Shown here in pieces: positions 1-12,534 of a stretch of DNA of 64,000 nt (the first letter of the stretch is position 1; the number at the start of each line of letters is the position of its first letter). Source of the DNA: Octopus bimaculoides (lineage: Eukaryota); contig NC_069006.1 in the NCBI RefSeq assembly GCF_001194135.2, positions 16,317,766-16,381,765 on the forward strand. The letters are read 5' to 3'. Under the pieces are notes generated by a model. The model was not told where the DNA came from, did not search any database, and was given only the letters and a program-made list of their open reading frames with translations. A program made the translations under genes and the position numbers.

Positions 1-23
1 TATATATATATGTATATATATAC

Positions 24-54
<31 letters not shown>

Positions 55-105
55 AACAGTCAGACTTCTCATACCAAATAGTAACAGAGTTAAAATATTC
101 TAAAA

Positions 106-451
106 CAGTGGCTCCCAACCAGTTTTTACATATGGATCTCTTTGGTTACTATTCTATTCTAGTGGACCTCCATAACCATTTGATGTTTAGAAATTAGTTT
201 TATAGGAACTTCTTCAAAATTCCTATTTTGTTTTTCACATGTTGACTTGTGCAGGTTCAACTATGTTTAACATAAAAAAAAAAGAAACCTAGCTGTTTCT
301 TGCAATACGTATATCTGAAGCAAAAATTTTTCACAGACCCTTAAAATACTACTGTGGATCCTCCCCCAATTTATTATTTCGTTTGTGTGGACCCCTGAAA
401 ATATGAAAATATCAAGTGGTCCCCTTGGGGCCATATGGATCACCCCAATTG
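106..451. mobile_element. hAT-type MITE (family F), decayed right end
   Basis: Starts CAGTGGCTCCCAACC; 8-bp direct repeat TTCTAAAA at 98-105 and 452-459; body matches the 4735-5262 copy. Confidence 0.75.
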
Positions 452-504
452 TTCTAAAATAAAGTCTGAATGAATGATAAGAGGAAAGAAATAAAAAACT
501 CTTG

Positions 505-648
505 TGCACACACACACACACACACGCATGCACACACACATACACACACACATGCACACACACATATGTGGAAGCACACACACACACACACATGTGTGCA
601 AGCACGCACACACATATGTGCAAGCATGCACACACACATGCACACAAA
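505..648. repeat. Compound (CA)n-rich microsatellite
   Basis: CA/CACATG runs; source of the HT/CV pseudo-ORFs. Confidence 0.95.
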
Positions 649-854
649 ATGGTTGAAGTCATTCCTTATATATTTATATATTTCTTGGTTTTGTCTGTTC
701 ATCTATTAACCATTCCATTTGGAAAGTAACATCAAGAATTAAAATATCATCAAGAATATTATTATTTCTTCTTTTAGAAGCAACTATCCAATAATTTTCA
801 AAGGCATTGAGTACTCTTTGCTTGGTGTATGTTTTTTTTTTACTTCACTTTTTA

Positions 855-889
<35 letters not shown>

Positions 890-1218
890 TATTGTTTTCT
901 TATTTTATTAGTATTTTGATTAATAAAATCAAAACTAAACAAGTAAAGTCAAGAAAAGGAAGCTTTGGGAAAGATTTATAGAAACAAAAATATGCAAAAC
1001 ATTTTACATTATATAAATTGGAAAAGAAGGGAAAAGAAATTAAAACTAACCTGATGTATAATCTTGGCTTGCAATTCCAGTGTAAGAAGTGACTGTGAAA
1101 TAGAAAAAGAAAATATATATACTTTATTTAGATATATGTATGTGTGTGTGGGGGGGGGATATAACAGTGGGTATGCACACACACGCACACACACACACAC
1201 ACACAAGTATGCATGTGA

Positions 1219-1250
<32 letters not shown>

Positions 1251-1251
<1 letters not shown>

Positions 1252-1400
1252 GGGAAAATTCACAAAAAAAAACAAAAGACAAAGACAGGTGGTATAGACA
1301 ACAAACAGATGTATTAGTTTAATGCTCGGGAAGTGAAAAAGTCTTTAACATTTCAAGCCTACACTTTTCCACAGAATAAATGCAGAGTACATTTAAACAC
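1251..1400 (-). mobile_element. Family K short repeat (PLE-derived candidate), CpG-decayed copy
   Basis: Aligns by eye with 35278-35440; both abut (TA)n and carry a hammerhead-like motif on the minus strand. Confidence 0.55.
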
Positions 1401-1682
1401 AAGAGATGACCATAATAGGACACCTAACACGCTAGAAGGAGTAGTCAAAATCCAATCCACAATCACATATACATAGACTTAGACACATTCCTCTCAACAC
1501 ATGACTATGATGATACTCCCCCACTACTTCTGCTCCTGATCAGAGATGTACATATCGTCAGCCACCAAGGGACATGCTCAACTGGTCAATTGAACTCATA
1601 ACATAAAGAGTCAAAACAAATACCATAGAGCATTTTGTCTGATGCTCTGACAATTCTATCAACCCAGTCCTAACAATAATAA

Positions 1683-2345
1683 TGTTGATTTCTAACATAG
1701 GTAAACAAAGTGAAATTTGAAGGACAGGATTAGTCAGTTAAACCACCCCACTTTACTTGATTTGGTTTTCTAGCTTCATGTTCTTGCTTGATGGGGCTGG
1801 GGTCATTCCATGTTAGTGGTCCCAGAGGTGTCATCATGCATAGAGCCAACCAGGTTCCCAATGCTCTCCATCACTGGCAGTCCCATGCCAGCCCCTCTGC
1901 ATCCTTCAAGGTGACGTTGAGCCTCTGGAGATCTTCCCCAATCACACCCAACCATCCAGTGTAAGGCCTCCCACGAGGCCTCTTCCGGCCCACAGTTGCT
2001 ACATCAAATGAGAGTAAAGCTCTTGTAGGATGATCTAACATCTACAATGCATCAGTCCTCTCCATTCTCTTCTATGGAGCAGAAACATGGCCCACTCAAA
2101 GACCCTAGCTCAGAGGATCAACAGCTTCAATAGTAGAGCCCTGACAACCATCAAGAACATCAGATAGTACCATTGCATTTCCAACAAAAAACTGCATGTG
2201 CACACGCATCAGCCACAGCCTCTCTTTACTTGATGGATACATTATTTTACTGACCCCAGAAAGTTGGAAAACAATGTTGATCTTGGTGGGGTATGAAGTC
2301 AAAACAGAGCTGGAACAAGTGCCATCAGATGTTTTTTCCAATACT
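1683..2345 (-). mobile_element. Decayed SINE family C split by an RTE insertion (pieces 1683-1761 and 2224-2345)
   Basis: The two halves are colinear with family C copies (33526-33745, 58095-58300) once 1762-2223 and one TSD copy are removed. Confidence 0.6.
1762..2223. mobile_element. RTE-clade LINE 3' fragment with internal inversion
   Basis: Minus 2010-1783 encodes FDVATVGRKRPRGRPYTGWLGVIGEDLQRLNVTLKDAEGLAWD; plus 2040-2220 encodes IYNASVLSILFYGAETWP..KTLAQRINSFNSRALTTIKNIR; TSD CTTTACTTGAT at 1751-1761 and 2224-2234. Confidence 0.8.
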
Positions 2346-2481
2346 CTTCTACCATTTCTCCAGTTTTAATTATAATCATTTCTAACACAGGCACAGGACC
2401 TGAAGCTTTGAGGGAGAGATTAGTTGATTAAATTTAACCCAGTAATTGACTTATTTTATCAACCCAAAAAGTGTAACAATA

Positions 2482-2737
2482 AGTTGTTGTTGTTGTTGGC
2501 ACTCCGTCGCTTATGACGTCGAGGGTTCCAGTTGATCCGATCAATGGAACAGCCTGCTTGTGAAATTAACGTGCAAGTGGCTGAACACTCCACAGACACG
2601 TGTACCCTTAACGTAGTTCTCGGGGATATTCAGCGTGACACAGAGTGACAAGGCTGACCCTTTGAATTACAGGCACAACAGAAACAGGAAGTAAGAGTGA
2701 GAGAAAGTTGTGGTGAAAGAGTACAGCAGGGTTCGCC
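2482..2737 (-). mobile_element. SINE family A, 3' part (head lost in gap)
   Basis: Near-identical to full copies at 8408, 23123, 45448, 51307, 62959; (CAA)n tail. Confidence 0.9.
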
Positions 2738-4233
2738 NNNNNNNNNNNNNNNNNNNNNNNNNNNNNNNNNNNNNNNNNNNNNNNNNNNNNNNNNNNNNNN
2801 NNNNNNNNNNNNNNNNNNNNNNNNNNNNNNNNNNNNNNNNNNNNNNNNNNNNNNNNNNNNNNNNNNNNNNNNNNNNNNNNNNNNNNNNNNNNNNNNNNNN
2901 NNNNNNNNNNNNNNNNNNNNNNNNNNNNNNNNNNNNNNNNNNNNNNNNNNNNNNNNNNNNNNNNNNNNNNNNNNNNNNNNNNNNNNNNNNNNNNNNNNNN
3001 NNNNNNNNNNNNNNNNNNNNNNNNNNNNNNNNNNNNNNNNNNNNNNNNNNNNNNNNNNNNNNNNNNNNNNNNNNNNNNNNNNNNNNNNNNNNNNNNNNNN
3101 NNNNNNNNNNNNNNNNNNNNNNNNNNNNNNNNNNNNNNNNNNNNNNNNNNNNNNNNNNNNNNNNNNNNNNNNNNNNNNNNNNNNNNNNNNNNNNNNNNNN
3201 NNNNNNNNNNNNNNNNNNNNNNNNNNNNNNNNNNNNNNNNNNNNNNNNNNNNNNNNNNNNNNNNNNNNNNNNNNNNNNNNNNNNNNNNNNNNNNNNNNNN
3301 NNNNNNNNNNNNNNNNNNNNNNNNNNNNNNNNNNNNNNNNNNNNNNNNNNNNNNNNNNNNNNNNNNNNNNNNNNNNNNNNNNNNNNNNNNNNNTTATAGC
3401 ATGCATGAGATCACAGCGTTTGGGAGAGTTGGGTGAGAGAAAGGATGACTACAGGTTATATAAAAACAGTTTTGAATAAAGTAACATAGTAACTGCCAGG
3501 TAAATTAAAAGGTAGGAAATTGTCATAAAGATAAAATGCTAATTTGCTTTTATATAAATCAACCAGACACAGAAATAAGTTCCCTTCGGAAAATTAACAA
3601 TCTTTCTCTTCATAAATTTTTCCCAGAGGGTAAAAAATATATTGTTCAACATAACACTTATTTACCAAAATAAAAAGAGAAAAAAAAGAGAAAAAAAATT
3701 TAAAAAATACACAGAGTAATATAAATTAGGAATAAAAGAGTTCTGACATTTCTGGAAGAACCTTTCCAGCAAACAAATTGCATTTACTATATGCCAATGC
3801 ACACAATCAGAAATTTCCATCAATTTATTTTCTTTTTAATACTGGTTTCATTTTGTAGAATCCACATGAATGTCTAAAAGTTATAAATCTTCTTTTCCAG
3901 ATTGCACACGTTCATTAAATCAGGCACATATATTTGTTTTGTTTTATTTTTCGTGGGTAAACTTTTAACCTTTTAATAACTATATTTCTATGTAAATGCA
4001 CTTGCCCTGTATTTTAATTATTAATTTAAAAAGTAACAAAGAACTTTTAAGGATTTAAAATAAAATAACTGAGTTTCTAGTTATTAAAGCCAGCATTTGG
4101 AACATAACTGAAGTAAAAGGGTCTTACTAAAAGTTATGGTAGAAGCTGTTAATTCAAATATGAAAACACTGAAATGAGAAATTTCATATCACAGAGCCAG
4201 AAGTATTCTAAGATGGACTGGTATCAAAAGAGA

Positions 4234-4461
4234 TAATCCTTCAGCGTTTAAACTGGCCATATCCAGCCAAAATATTCTCCCTGTTTTGTGTTCAAAAATG
4301 GCCAAATTTAGCCTGTCACACCTGCCCTACAATGTTGTTCAGAAAATAAACAATCACATCAGCAAAATCTCAAAGCTATGAGATGATAAACGATTAGCTG
4401 AAAATCATTTGGATAAGTAAACATTTCATTTGACAGAGTAATCTGAATGCTAAAGAGTTAA
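4234..4461. mobile_element. TTAA-flanked piggyBac-like MITE (family E)
   Basis: Decayed (T)TAACCCTTTAGC...GCTAAAGGGTTAA termini and shared ~225-bp body. Confidence 0.75.
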
Positions 4462-4734
4462 AATATACGAGAGAGAAATTTTTAAGTGGATAGAATGTTG
4501 ATTTATTGCAAGTTAGCTAATTACTTATCAAATTCACAATAGTGATGTTACAAAACTGAATTTTATCAATCTATCATTGTTGAACACTACATCCACATAA
4601 CCTTTGTGTACTTTTAGCAGAATTCACTTTCTTACAAATACTGAAACCAAGTTCTTAGTTTGAAGAGAGAATGATATCTTAATGCATTACTCCCTCTATT
4701 TCTTCCCTGAAATAGTGTCGCAATTTGTTTAGAG

Positions 4735-5262
4735 CAGAGGTGTCAACCATTTTTTATCTACGGACCCCTTTGATTACTGTTTTATCCTGGTGGACCCCCA
4801 TAGCCATTCAATGCTTAAAAGCTTGTTTTATAGAAACTTCTTCCAAAATTCCTATTCTGTTTCTCACACATTAACTTGTGTAGGTTAACTACATGAAATG
4901 TTAGAGAAAGAAACTTAGCTATTTCTTGCGATATGTACCCATACATCATCATCATCATCATCATCGTTTAACGTCCGCTTTCCATGCTAGCATGGGTTGG
5001 ACGATTTGACTGAGGACTGGTGAAACCGGATGGCAACACCAGGCTCCAGTCTAATTTGGCAGAGTTTCTACAGCTGGATGCCCTTCCTAACGCCAACCAC
5101 TCAGAGTGTGTAGTGGGTGCTTTTACGTGTCACCCAAAGCAAAATTTATTCAGGGCCCTTAAAATACTACTGTGGATCCCCAATTTACTATTTTATTCTA
5201 TAGACCACAAAACTTTTATTTGGACCCTCAGGGGCCATATGGATCCCAGTTGAGAACCACTG
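4735..5262. mobile_element. hAT-type MITE (family F) carrying a nested RTE 3' end
   Basis: TIRs CAGAGGTGTCAACC / GTTGAGAACCACTG; perfect 8-bp TSD GTTTAGAG at 4727-4734 and 5263-5270. Confidence 0.9.
4945..5133 (-). mobile_element. RTE 3' UTR fragment (family D) nested in hAT MITE
   Basis: (CAT)n tail then GTTTAACGTCCGC...GGATGCCCTTCCTAACGCCAACCAC, as in other D copies. Confidence 0.85.
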
Positions 5263-5331
5263 GTTTAGAGGACGAAAGTGGGTTATCCTTCTGACAGAAC
5301 TATGTTAGCCTGGCCTGATATCACATGTACA

Positions 5332-5550
5332 TTAACCCTTTAACATTTAAACTGGCCATATCCAGTTAAAATATTCTACCTTGTTAATGTTCAAACTGGC
5401 CTTATCTGGCCTCTCACACCTACTCTACAATGTCATTCTAAAGATAAAGAATCACATCATCAAAATCTTGAAGCTATGAGATAATGCATGATAAACAATG
5501 TCAGTAAGCATTACATGTGACAGAGCAAATTGAATGCTATAAATGGTTGA
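5332..5550. mobile_element. piggyBac-like MITE (family E)
   Basis: TTAACCCTTTAACATTTAAAC start, family body, decayed right TIR. Confidence 0.75.
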
Positions 5551-6691
5551 AAATGGTAGTGGGTGGATTGAATCATGGTTAAGTGGGGTGCCATTGAAAC
5601 CATGTTACTTTAAGAAAAGAGGGGATAATTAAAAAAAAAAAATCTGAAAAAAGTCCTATGCTAGCTGGAAGCTGAGCTAGAGCTGAACATCAACAAGAAT
5701 AAATTTGCTGTGTAATATAATGTTTTGTTCATTTGCAAAGTGCTGAACTGAAATAATCTTCATTGAAAATTATGCAGTTATCACATGTTGCTGCTGCTGC
5801 TGTTGCTGCAGCAGCAGCAGTAGTAGTAATAGTAGTGGCAGCAGCAGCAGCTAAGGTACATTATAAGCAACACCCTAGAGACTTCTCCCAGAGGTACAGG
5901 GAACAATCAATCAATATCCCAATCAATCACTGGCGTACACAGAGTCACTTTTGTTGTTAGACTAATATCAAAGAATGAATGGTTCTTCCGTTAGAATTTC
6001 AGATTCAAAACAAAGACCAAAATAAATAACAGAATCAATAACGGTACATTTACTATACTTCAAGGAAATGACTTGACTTGTCGAGAAATAAAAAAAACAA
6101 AAAGAAAAGAAGTTTCCTGTTTCAATGATTATTTCAAATTCTGACAGATAATAGTTCATATACAAGGTTTTCAATTAGATGTGAATTTATTTATTTGGTT
6201 CAAAACACACGCGTGCACACACACGCACACATTTTAGGAAAGCTGGGAGTGAATGTGTTAAAAAAAAATTTCAGGTTTTCTTTTTTGAATTTTAATGAAT
6301 AAAATATCCTTCATTTGTAATTACAGACATGAAACTTCTCCACATTTGCATTAACATGAAAATCTTTTAAATTTTTTTTTTTTTGTCTTTTATCAATTTT
6401 GAAGTAGCTTTTCTCTGATGTTTTCTGGGACAGCATGTCCACTTCCCAACTGTAGCTATTTTTAAGTGTAACGTTTCATAGTTCATTCATGCTCCTTACT
6501 TACTTACACTGCATCTGAAGATAGCACACAAAATCAATTTTGTACTAGGATTTTACTAAATCACAGATATAGCACAGGGTGGCTGTGTGGTAAGAAGCTT
6601 ACTTCCCAACTACATGGTTGAAGGTTCATTCCCACTGCATGGCACTTTGTGGTGGGGGAGGGATATTAAAAAATAGCAAAATCATCTAGAA

Positions 6692-6928
6692 AACACTTTA
6701 TTTCATGTTGCTCCAGTCCACTCAGTTGGCAAAAATGAGTAGTACCTATATTTCAAAGGTCCAACTTTGTCACATGCTGTATCATGCTGAATCTCCTTGA
6801 GAACTAAATTAAGGGCATGTGTGTCTGTGGAGTGCTCAACCATTTGCACATTAATTTCAAGAGCAGGCTGTTCTGTTGATTGGATTATTTGGAACCCTTG
6901 TCGTTATTACCAATAATGTGCCAGTTAA
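6692..6928 (+). mobile_element. SINE family G fragment (central domain plus family-A tail)
   Basis: ACACTTTATTTCATGTTGCTCCAGTCCACTCAG followed by sequence complementary to the family A 3' half. Confidence 0.7.
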
Positions 6929-7329
6929 TTAACCTTCCTCACCCAAGTATCCCCCATAAACAACTTAGACACCTCATGCCAACTCTGCACAGACTCCATG
7001 AATATAGTCCTTGAAAATACCTTCAATAGGTTCATAAGTATTTTGTCTCTTACAACAACACAAAGAAAACATTATTGCAACACTTCATTCAGCATGAATG
7101 CCACATAATGAGAAAACTTAAGATCGCTACAAATATAATGCCTCACCATCACTAGAGGTCTCTCCTGACAAATATGCATCCTGAACATAAACATAGTGCA
7201 TCAGCATGGCCGCAGCTCTAAGCTGAAACTTTAAAAAAATAAATAAATAAAAAATAAAGCTGCATAACTAAGGCTGACTATCTTCTTCAGAGCCAGAAAA
7301 TATTTCAATCAAACCACTAAGATCAAATG

Positions 7330-7750
7330 ATATCGACAGAACACTGGTGAGAAAGATCTCCAGATGTTGGGTCAGAGAGAGAATGATAGGGGACCGAGAC
7401 TCCCGATGGTTTCCTATGCTTGAGAAAACACATCAAGCTAAGTAAAACTGTGGTTGTCCTTGCATACAGGCATGTCTCTTGCATCCCTCTCCAGCTGAGC
7501 ATGCCTTAATCTTACAGGCTCATGGGTGCTGGTGCCATGTAAACTGCACCCGTACCAGTGCCAAAAAATGCACCCATGCCACTGCTGTGTAAAACCACCC
7601 AGCACACTCTATGAAGTGGTTGGCATTAGGAAGGGCATCCAACTGTAGAAACTATGCCAAAACAGACATGGAACCAATGGTAGTTCTTCAGCTGGCCAGC
7701 TCCTGCCAAACCATTCAACCCATGTCAGCATGGAAAATAGACATTAAATA
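7330..7750 (+). mobile_element. RTE 3' end (family D), decayed
   Basis: GTGGTTGGCATTAGGAAGGGCATCCAACTGTAGAAAC core and CCCATGTCAGCATGGAAA terminus. Confidence 0.7.
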
Positions 7751-8407
7751 GAAAGTAAAGTAAAGTACTGATCCTACACCTGAGCTGGTGATGCTACAAG
7801 CACTGAAATCTTCATCTGCATCCTTAGAAAAGAAAAGAAACTGAATGTCAGCAACACACTCCAACATCCAGAGTGTGTTGGTCAGTGACTTACTTCACAG
7901 ATGTGTTGTCTCTATCTTTTATGCAATTACTACAATGGCCCCTGCTCCTCAAAGTTGGACAATTTTATGCCACATTCATTCAGAAACTCTTTGCTTATTC
8001 TCTATTCACCCACAGTGTCCACTACTCACCACACCCTCCGGGACCAGCACGAACCACTGCGTCTTAGTCCTTCTTCTCTAGAATTTCACCCCTCAGGAAT
8101 TCCCTTTTCTTCACATCTTTTTCTGCAGTCGTTGGCTAACAATTATTCAAATGCATCGATCCCAACAGTCTCAGGGAGACCTGTGAGAGTCAATAAGAAA
8201 TAAAAAAAATTTATCTTTAAAAGACAGGATGGTCATGACTGAAACATCTGTCTTCATTAGTCTTCATTAGTCTTCTCAATCAGGGCAAACCTAGACTAGA
8301 TAACAAGAATACAGCAAAAAAAGAGACCCCAAAAGAAACAGCAAAGAAAAATCAAACTTTTAAAGAAATGTAAGATTTGGGAATTTTTTTTTTTTTTGTT
8401 CTTAAAA

Positions 8408-8790
8408 TAGTTGGCACTCCGTCACTTACGACGTTGAGGGTTCCAGTTGATCCAATCAACAGAATAGCCTGCTCGTGAAATTAACGTGCAAGTGGCTGAG
8501 CACTCCACAGACACGTGTACCCTTAACATAGTTCTCGGGGATATTCAGTGTGACACAATGTGACAAGGCTGACCCTTTGAATTACAGGCACAACAGAGAC
8601 AGGAAGTAAGAGTGAGAGAAAGTTGTGGTGGAAGAGTACAACAGGGTTCACCACCATCCCGTGCCGGAGCCTTGTGGAGCTTTAGGTGTTTCTGCTCAAT
8701 AAACACTCACAACGCCCGGTCTGGGAATCGAAACCACGATCCTATGACCGCGAGTCCGCTGCCCTAACCACTGGGCCATTGCGCCTCCAC
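8408..8790 (-). mobile_element. Full-length SINE family A (tRNA-derived head)
   Basis: Head GTGGAGGCGCAATGGCCCAGTGGTTAGG..GGTTTCGATTCC with Pol III A/B-box-like motifs; TSD TCTTAAAA at 8400-8407 and 8791-8798. Confidence 0.9.
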
Positions 8791-8904
8791 TCTTAAAAAA
8801 ATAGCAAATAGATGATAACCTGTGGAAATTATCCCATCATTACTAATGCTAAGTAATATCTAAAATTTTGGCATATAAATCTGAAAGATAGTCTAAAGAC
8901 AAAA

Positions 8905-9138
8905 TTAATCCTTTAGCATTCAGATTTCTTTGTCAAATGTAATGCTTATTTATTTACATTGTTTTGAATTAATCGTATTTTGAATTAATCTTGTCGCCTC
9001 AAGATTTCAATGATGTAGTAGTAAACGTTTAGAATGAAATTGTAGGGTAGGTGTAAGAGACCAGATCTAGCTGGTTTCAACATAAAACAGGTATAATATC
9101 TGGACCAGATATGGCTAGATTAAATGCTACAGGGTTAA
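8905..9138. mobile_element. piggyBac-like MITE (family E), reverse orientation
   Basis: TTAATCCTTTAGCATT...AATGCTACAGGGTTAA. Confidence 0.85.
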
Positions 9139-9140
9139 AC

Positions 9141-9360
9141 CTGTAGCATTATCCAGCCATATCCAGCCAAAATATTCTACCTGTTTTATCTTCAGATCAG
9201 CCTAATCTGGCCTCTCACACTTACCCTACAATATTATTCTAGAAATAAACAGTCAGGTCATTGAAATTTCAAAGCTACAAGGTTATGCATGATTAATTCA
9301 AAACATTGTGAATAAATAAGCATTACATTTGACCGAGAAATGTGAATGAAAAAGAGTTAA
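9141..9360. mobile_element. piggyBac-like MITE (family E), forward orientation, abutting previous copy
   Basis: Family body, ends GAAAAAGAGTTAA. Confidence 0.75.
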
Positions 9361-10982
9361 ATAAGGATGTGGCAAATTAAGATATAACTAATTGGTGTTG
9401 ACATTGATCAAAAGAACATGTTAGTCAATAAATAAATTCCTTCAACCATTAATTGAAAAATTGACCATTGAAGATAAGTTTACACACACACACATACACA
9501 CAACCTTCATTCTGATTTCTGTCCCTAGAATGTAACCATGCTGATGCTCTATTTTCAAGGAATATTTTTAGTCAACTATACTAGTACTTTATCTGGTACT
9601 TTATCTGGTACACATTTCATCGCTGTTGTAAGATACAAATTGGAGCATGGGAATTGCTGTAATAATAAAAAAAAAAGGTAATTCAGTTAGACTTAACTCT
9701 TTTGATACCAACCCTGCCCAAGACTCTCCCTGCTTTTTTGATCCAAACTTTCTATATAAAGAGATCTAAATTATGATTTCTCATTAAAATTTCATGCTAA
9801 TTTATATTCCAATTAGCAGCTTAGTAATGACCAAGATATTTTAATTAATTCCTTATCATTTTCAAAATTAATTGAAATCAATAGAAATATGGTAAGAAAA
9901 GTGTTGAATAATACAAGGTATTTCTGCTCAAATGTTCTTTTACCCCATGGTAATACCCACTCAGGTTCAGCCTACAAAAGTTTATACACAGAGTAATGGT
10001 CAACTCTCGGCTGTGGTAGAAGACAGTCACACACACAGACATAAGAGATGATAATATACAAGGACAGACAATCAGTAAAACACAAATCTATTGAATCCTT
10101 CAAGATGATGCAAGCCTCGTGTGAATAAATGAATAACATTAAATAAACAAAAACAAAATGAAATGGAAAATAAAATAGAAACAAAAATCTAATGAAAATA
10201 AAAAGCTGGAATGGAAAGATATGAAAATGATAGGAAAGGTATGAGACTGGCGAGGGTAGAGGGTATGTTGTTTGGTGAGAGGGATTATTGGTTAAAAATA
10301 TGAATATATGAAATTCTCATACATAAAATTTATTGAGCAAAAACAAAACAGAAAAAAAAGAAAGAAAGAAAGAAACGGTGAGAGAGAGAAAAAAAAGAGT
10401 GGGAAGAAAAGAGAAAGGGGGAAACAAAACAGAAAAAAGAAAGAAAGAAAGAAAAGGTGAGAGAGTAAAAAGAGAAAAGGGGGGGGAATCGGAAAAGAAA
10501 GAGAAAAATAATGAAAAAGAAATATAAAAAAAGAATAAAGACCAAAAAAAAACGAACAACAAAGAGCAAGAAAAATATAAGTATCAAAACAGAAAAACGA
10601 AGAGGTGATATAGGGAGTGGGGGGTAGGAGTGGTGGAGGTGGAGAGAAACTGTCTTATCACTGATTCACTGTGAATATATAAGACTGAAAGTCTTTTATA
10701 AGCCAGCTAATAATTTGATCTCTTCAGGTCTTTTCTACTTACTATCCTGAGACTTTTTGCTAATTTTCATAGTATTCATTGAATACTTGTGGCATTATTC
10801 AAGCTCAGATCAAAACTATTTATTGCGCAGCTGTTGTGATTGATTATAAACCCCACAAAGTCAATTTAGAGATAAGCCGCCACATCGCCATTTAGCATGA
10901 AAATAGTTGTATTGGTTCATGCATATATGAATGAATGAATGTTACTGAAATGTGTTTGTACACATGCGGATGTTCACGGATA

Positions 10983-11018
<36 letters not shown>

Positions 11019-11094
11019 TACCACTCGATCGTACTACTTCCAAACATGTAACTGAATGAACGTAAGGTGTGTGTGTATATATATATATATATTT

Positions 11095-11294
11095 TATCTC
11101 TCTTATGTGCTTGTCATTTGACTGTGGCCACGCTGGGGCACTGCCTTCAAGGGCTTTAGTTAAACAAATCAACCCTGTAATTTTTTTTTTTTTGTAGCCT
11201 AGTACTTATTCTATCTGTCTTTTTTACTGAACCACTAAGTTACAAGGATGTAAACACACCATCACCAGAGACAACATAAACATGAACACACACA

Positions 11295-11341
<47 letters not shown>

Positions 11342-11510
11342 AATGGGATTCTTTCACTTTCCATCTACCAAATCCATTCACAAGGCTTTGGTTGGCCCAA
11401 GGCAATAGTAGAAGATATTTGTCCAAGGTGCCACACAGTGGGACTGAACCTGGAACCATGTGATTGGGAAGCAAGCTTTTTACCACACAACCACACATGC
11501 ACCTGGTGAT
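11095..11510 (-). mobile_element. SINE family B (tRNA head, CORE-like domain, internal microsatellite)
   Basis: Matches other B copies; internal (CA)n/(TG)n. Confidence 0.8.
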
Positions 11511-11521
11511 GATATATGTAT

Positions 11522-11522
11522 G

Positions 11523-11582
<60 letters not shown>
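11522..11582. repeat. (GATA)n microsatellite
   Basis: Direct reading. Confidence 0.95.
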
Positions 11583-11800
11583 CATCATCATCATCATTTA
11601 GCATTCATCTCCCATGCTGGCATGTGTTGGATGGTTTGACAGTTGCCTGCAAGCCAAAGGACTCCACTGAACTCCACTCCCTGCTTTGGCATGGTTCTTA
11701 TGGCTAGATGCCCTTCATAATGTCAACCACTTTACAGTGTGGGCTTGGTGCCTTTTACTTAGCACCAGCACCAGGGAGGTGACCTTGCAAGACAAAGGTC
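11583..11800 (-). mobile_element. RTE 3' UTR (family D), decayed
   Basis: (CAT)n tail, CCCATGCTGGCATG, GATGCCCTTCATAATGTCAACCAC. Confidence 0.7.
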
Positions 11801-11825
11801 CTTATATACTTATATATACTTTCTA

Positions 11826-12150
11826 GGTGCAGGTGTGGCTGTGTGGTAAGAAGCTTGCTTCCCAACCACACTGTCCCAGGTTCAGTGTGCCTTCTGCTAT
11901 AGTCTCAGACTAAAAGAAGCCTGTCATGAGTGTGTGTGTTTGTGTCTGTGTTTGTCCCCGACCAGCACTTGACAACTGGTGTTTATATCCCCCATAACTT
12001 AGCAGCTTGGGAAAAGAGACTGATAGAATGAATACCAGGTTTTAAAAAGTAAGTACTGGGGTCGATTCATTCGACTGATATTCTTCAACGCATTGCCCCA
12101 GCTTGGTTGCAGTCTAAGGACTGAAACAAGTTAAAGATAAAAGATAAAAG
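11826..12150 (+). mobile_element. SINE family B with internal deletions
   Basis: AGGTGCAGGTGTGGCTGTGTGGTAAGAAGCTTGC head; ATAAGTACTGGGGTCGAT..TAAAAGATAAAAG tail. Confidence 0.75.
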
Positions 12151-12499
12151 ATCAACACAAAGCTGGGGATTGACTCTTTCAATACTCAGAGATTCCTGAT
12201 GGATGCAATCTGTCAAGTGCCAAGAGAAATATATATATAGATATATACGCATCATTAAATGCAACCAAAATATTTGTGTATATGTGTGTGTGTGCGCACA
12301 CATATGTATCTGTGTGCATATGCATGTGTGTGTACATGTGGGAATATGTGTGCACATACACACACAGAGGGTAGTCCAAAACTCTCTTTCCATTTTAACA
12401 GTCATTTAAATTTTACCGTACCCTATGCATATACATGCACATACATATATGTGTGTTCAAACACCCATACACACACCCTCACATACATATGAAGAAACA

Positions 12500-12534
<35 letters not shown>

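Noticed and set aside
267-729. HT/CV/YI-rich ORFs here and throughout the track
   Set aside because: Translations of CA/TG/TA microsatellites; no codon structure or splice context.
2630-3479. Long ORFs containing X runs (also ~20000, 21600, 31000, 37700, 44700, 49500, 61000)
   Set aside because: Open only because N gaps contain no stop codons.
5786-5852. (GCT)n/(GCA)n inverted trinucleotide tract and poly-Ala ORF
   Set aside because: Simple-repeat decay; no coding context.
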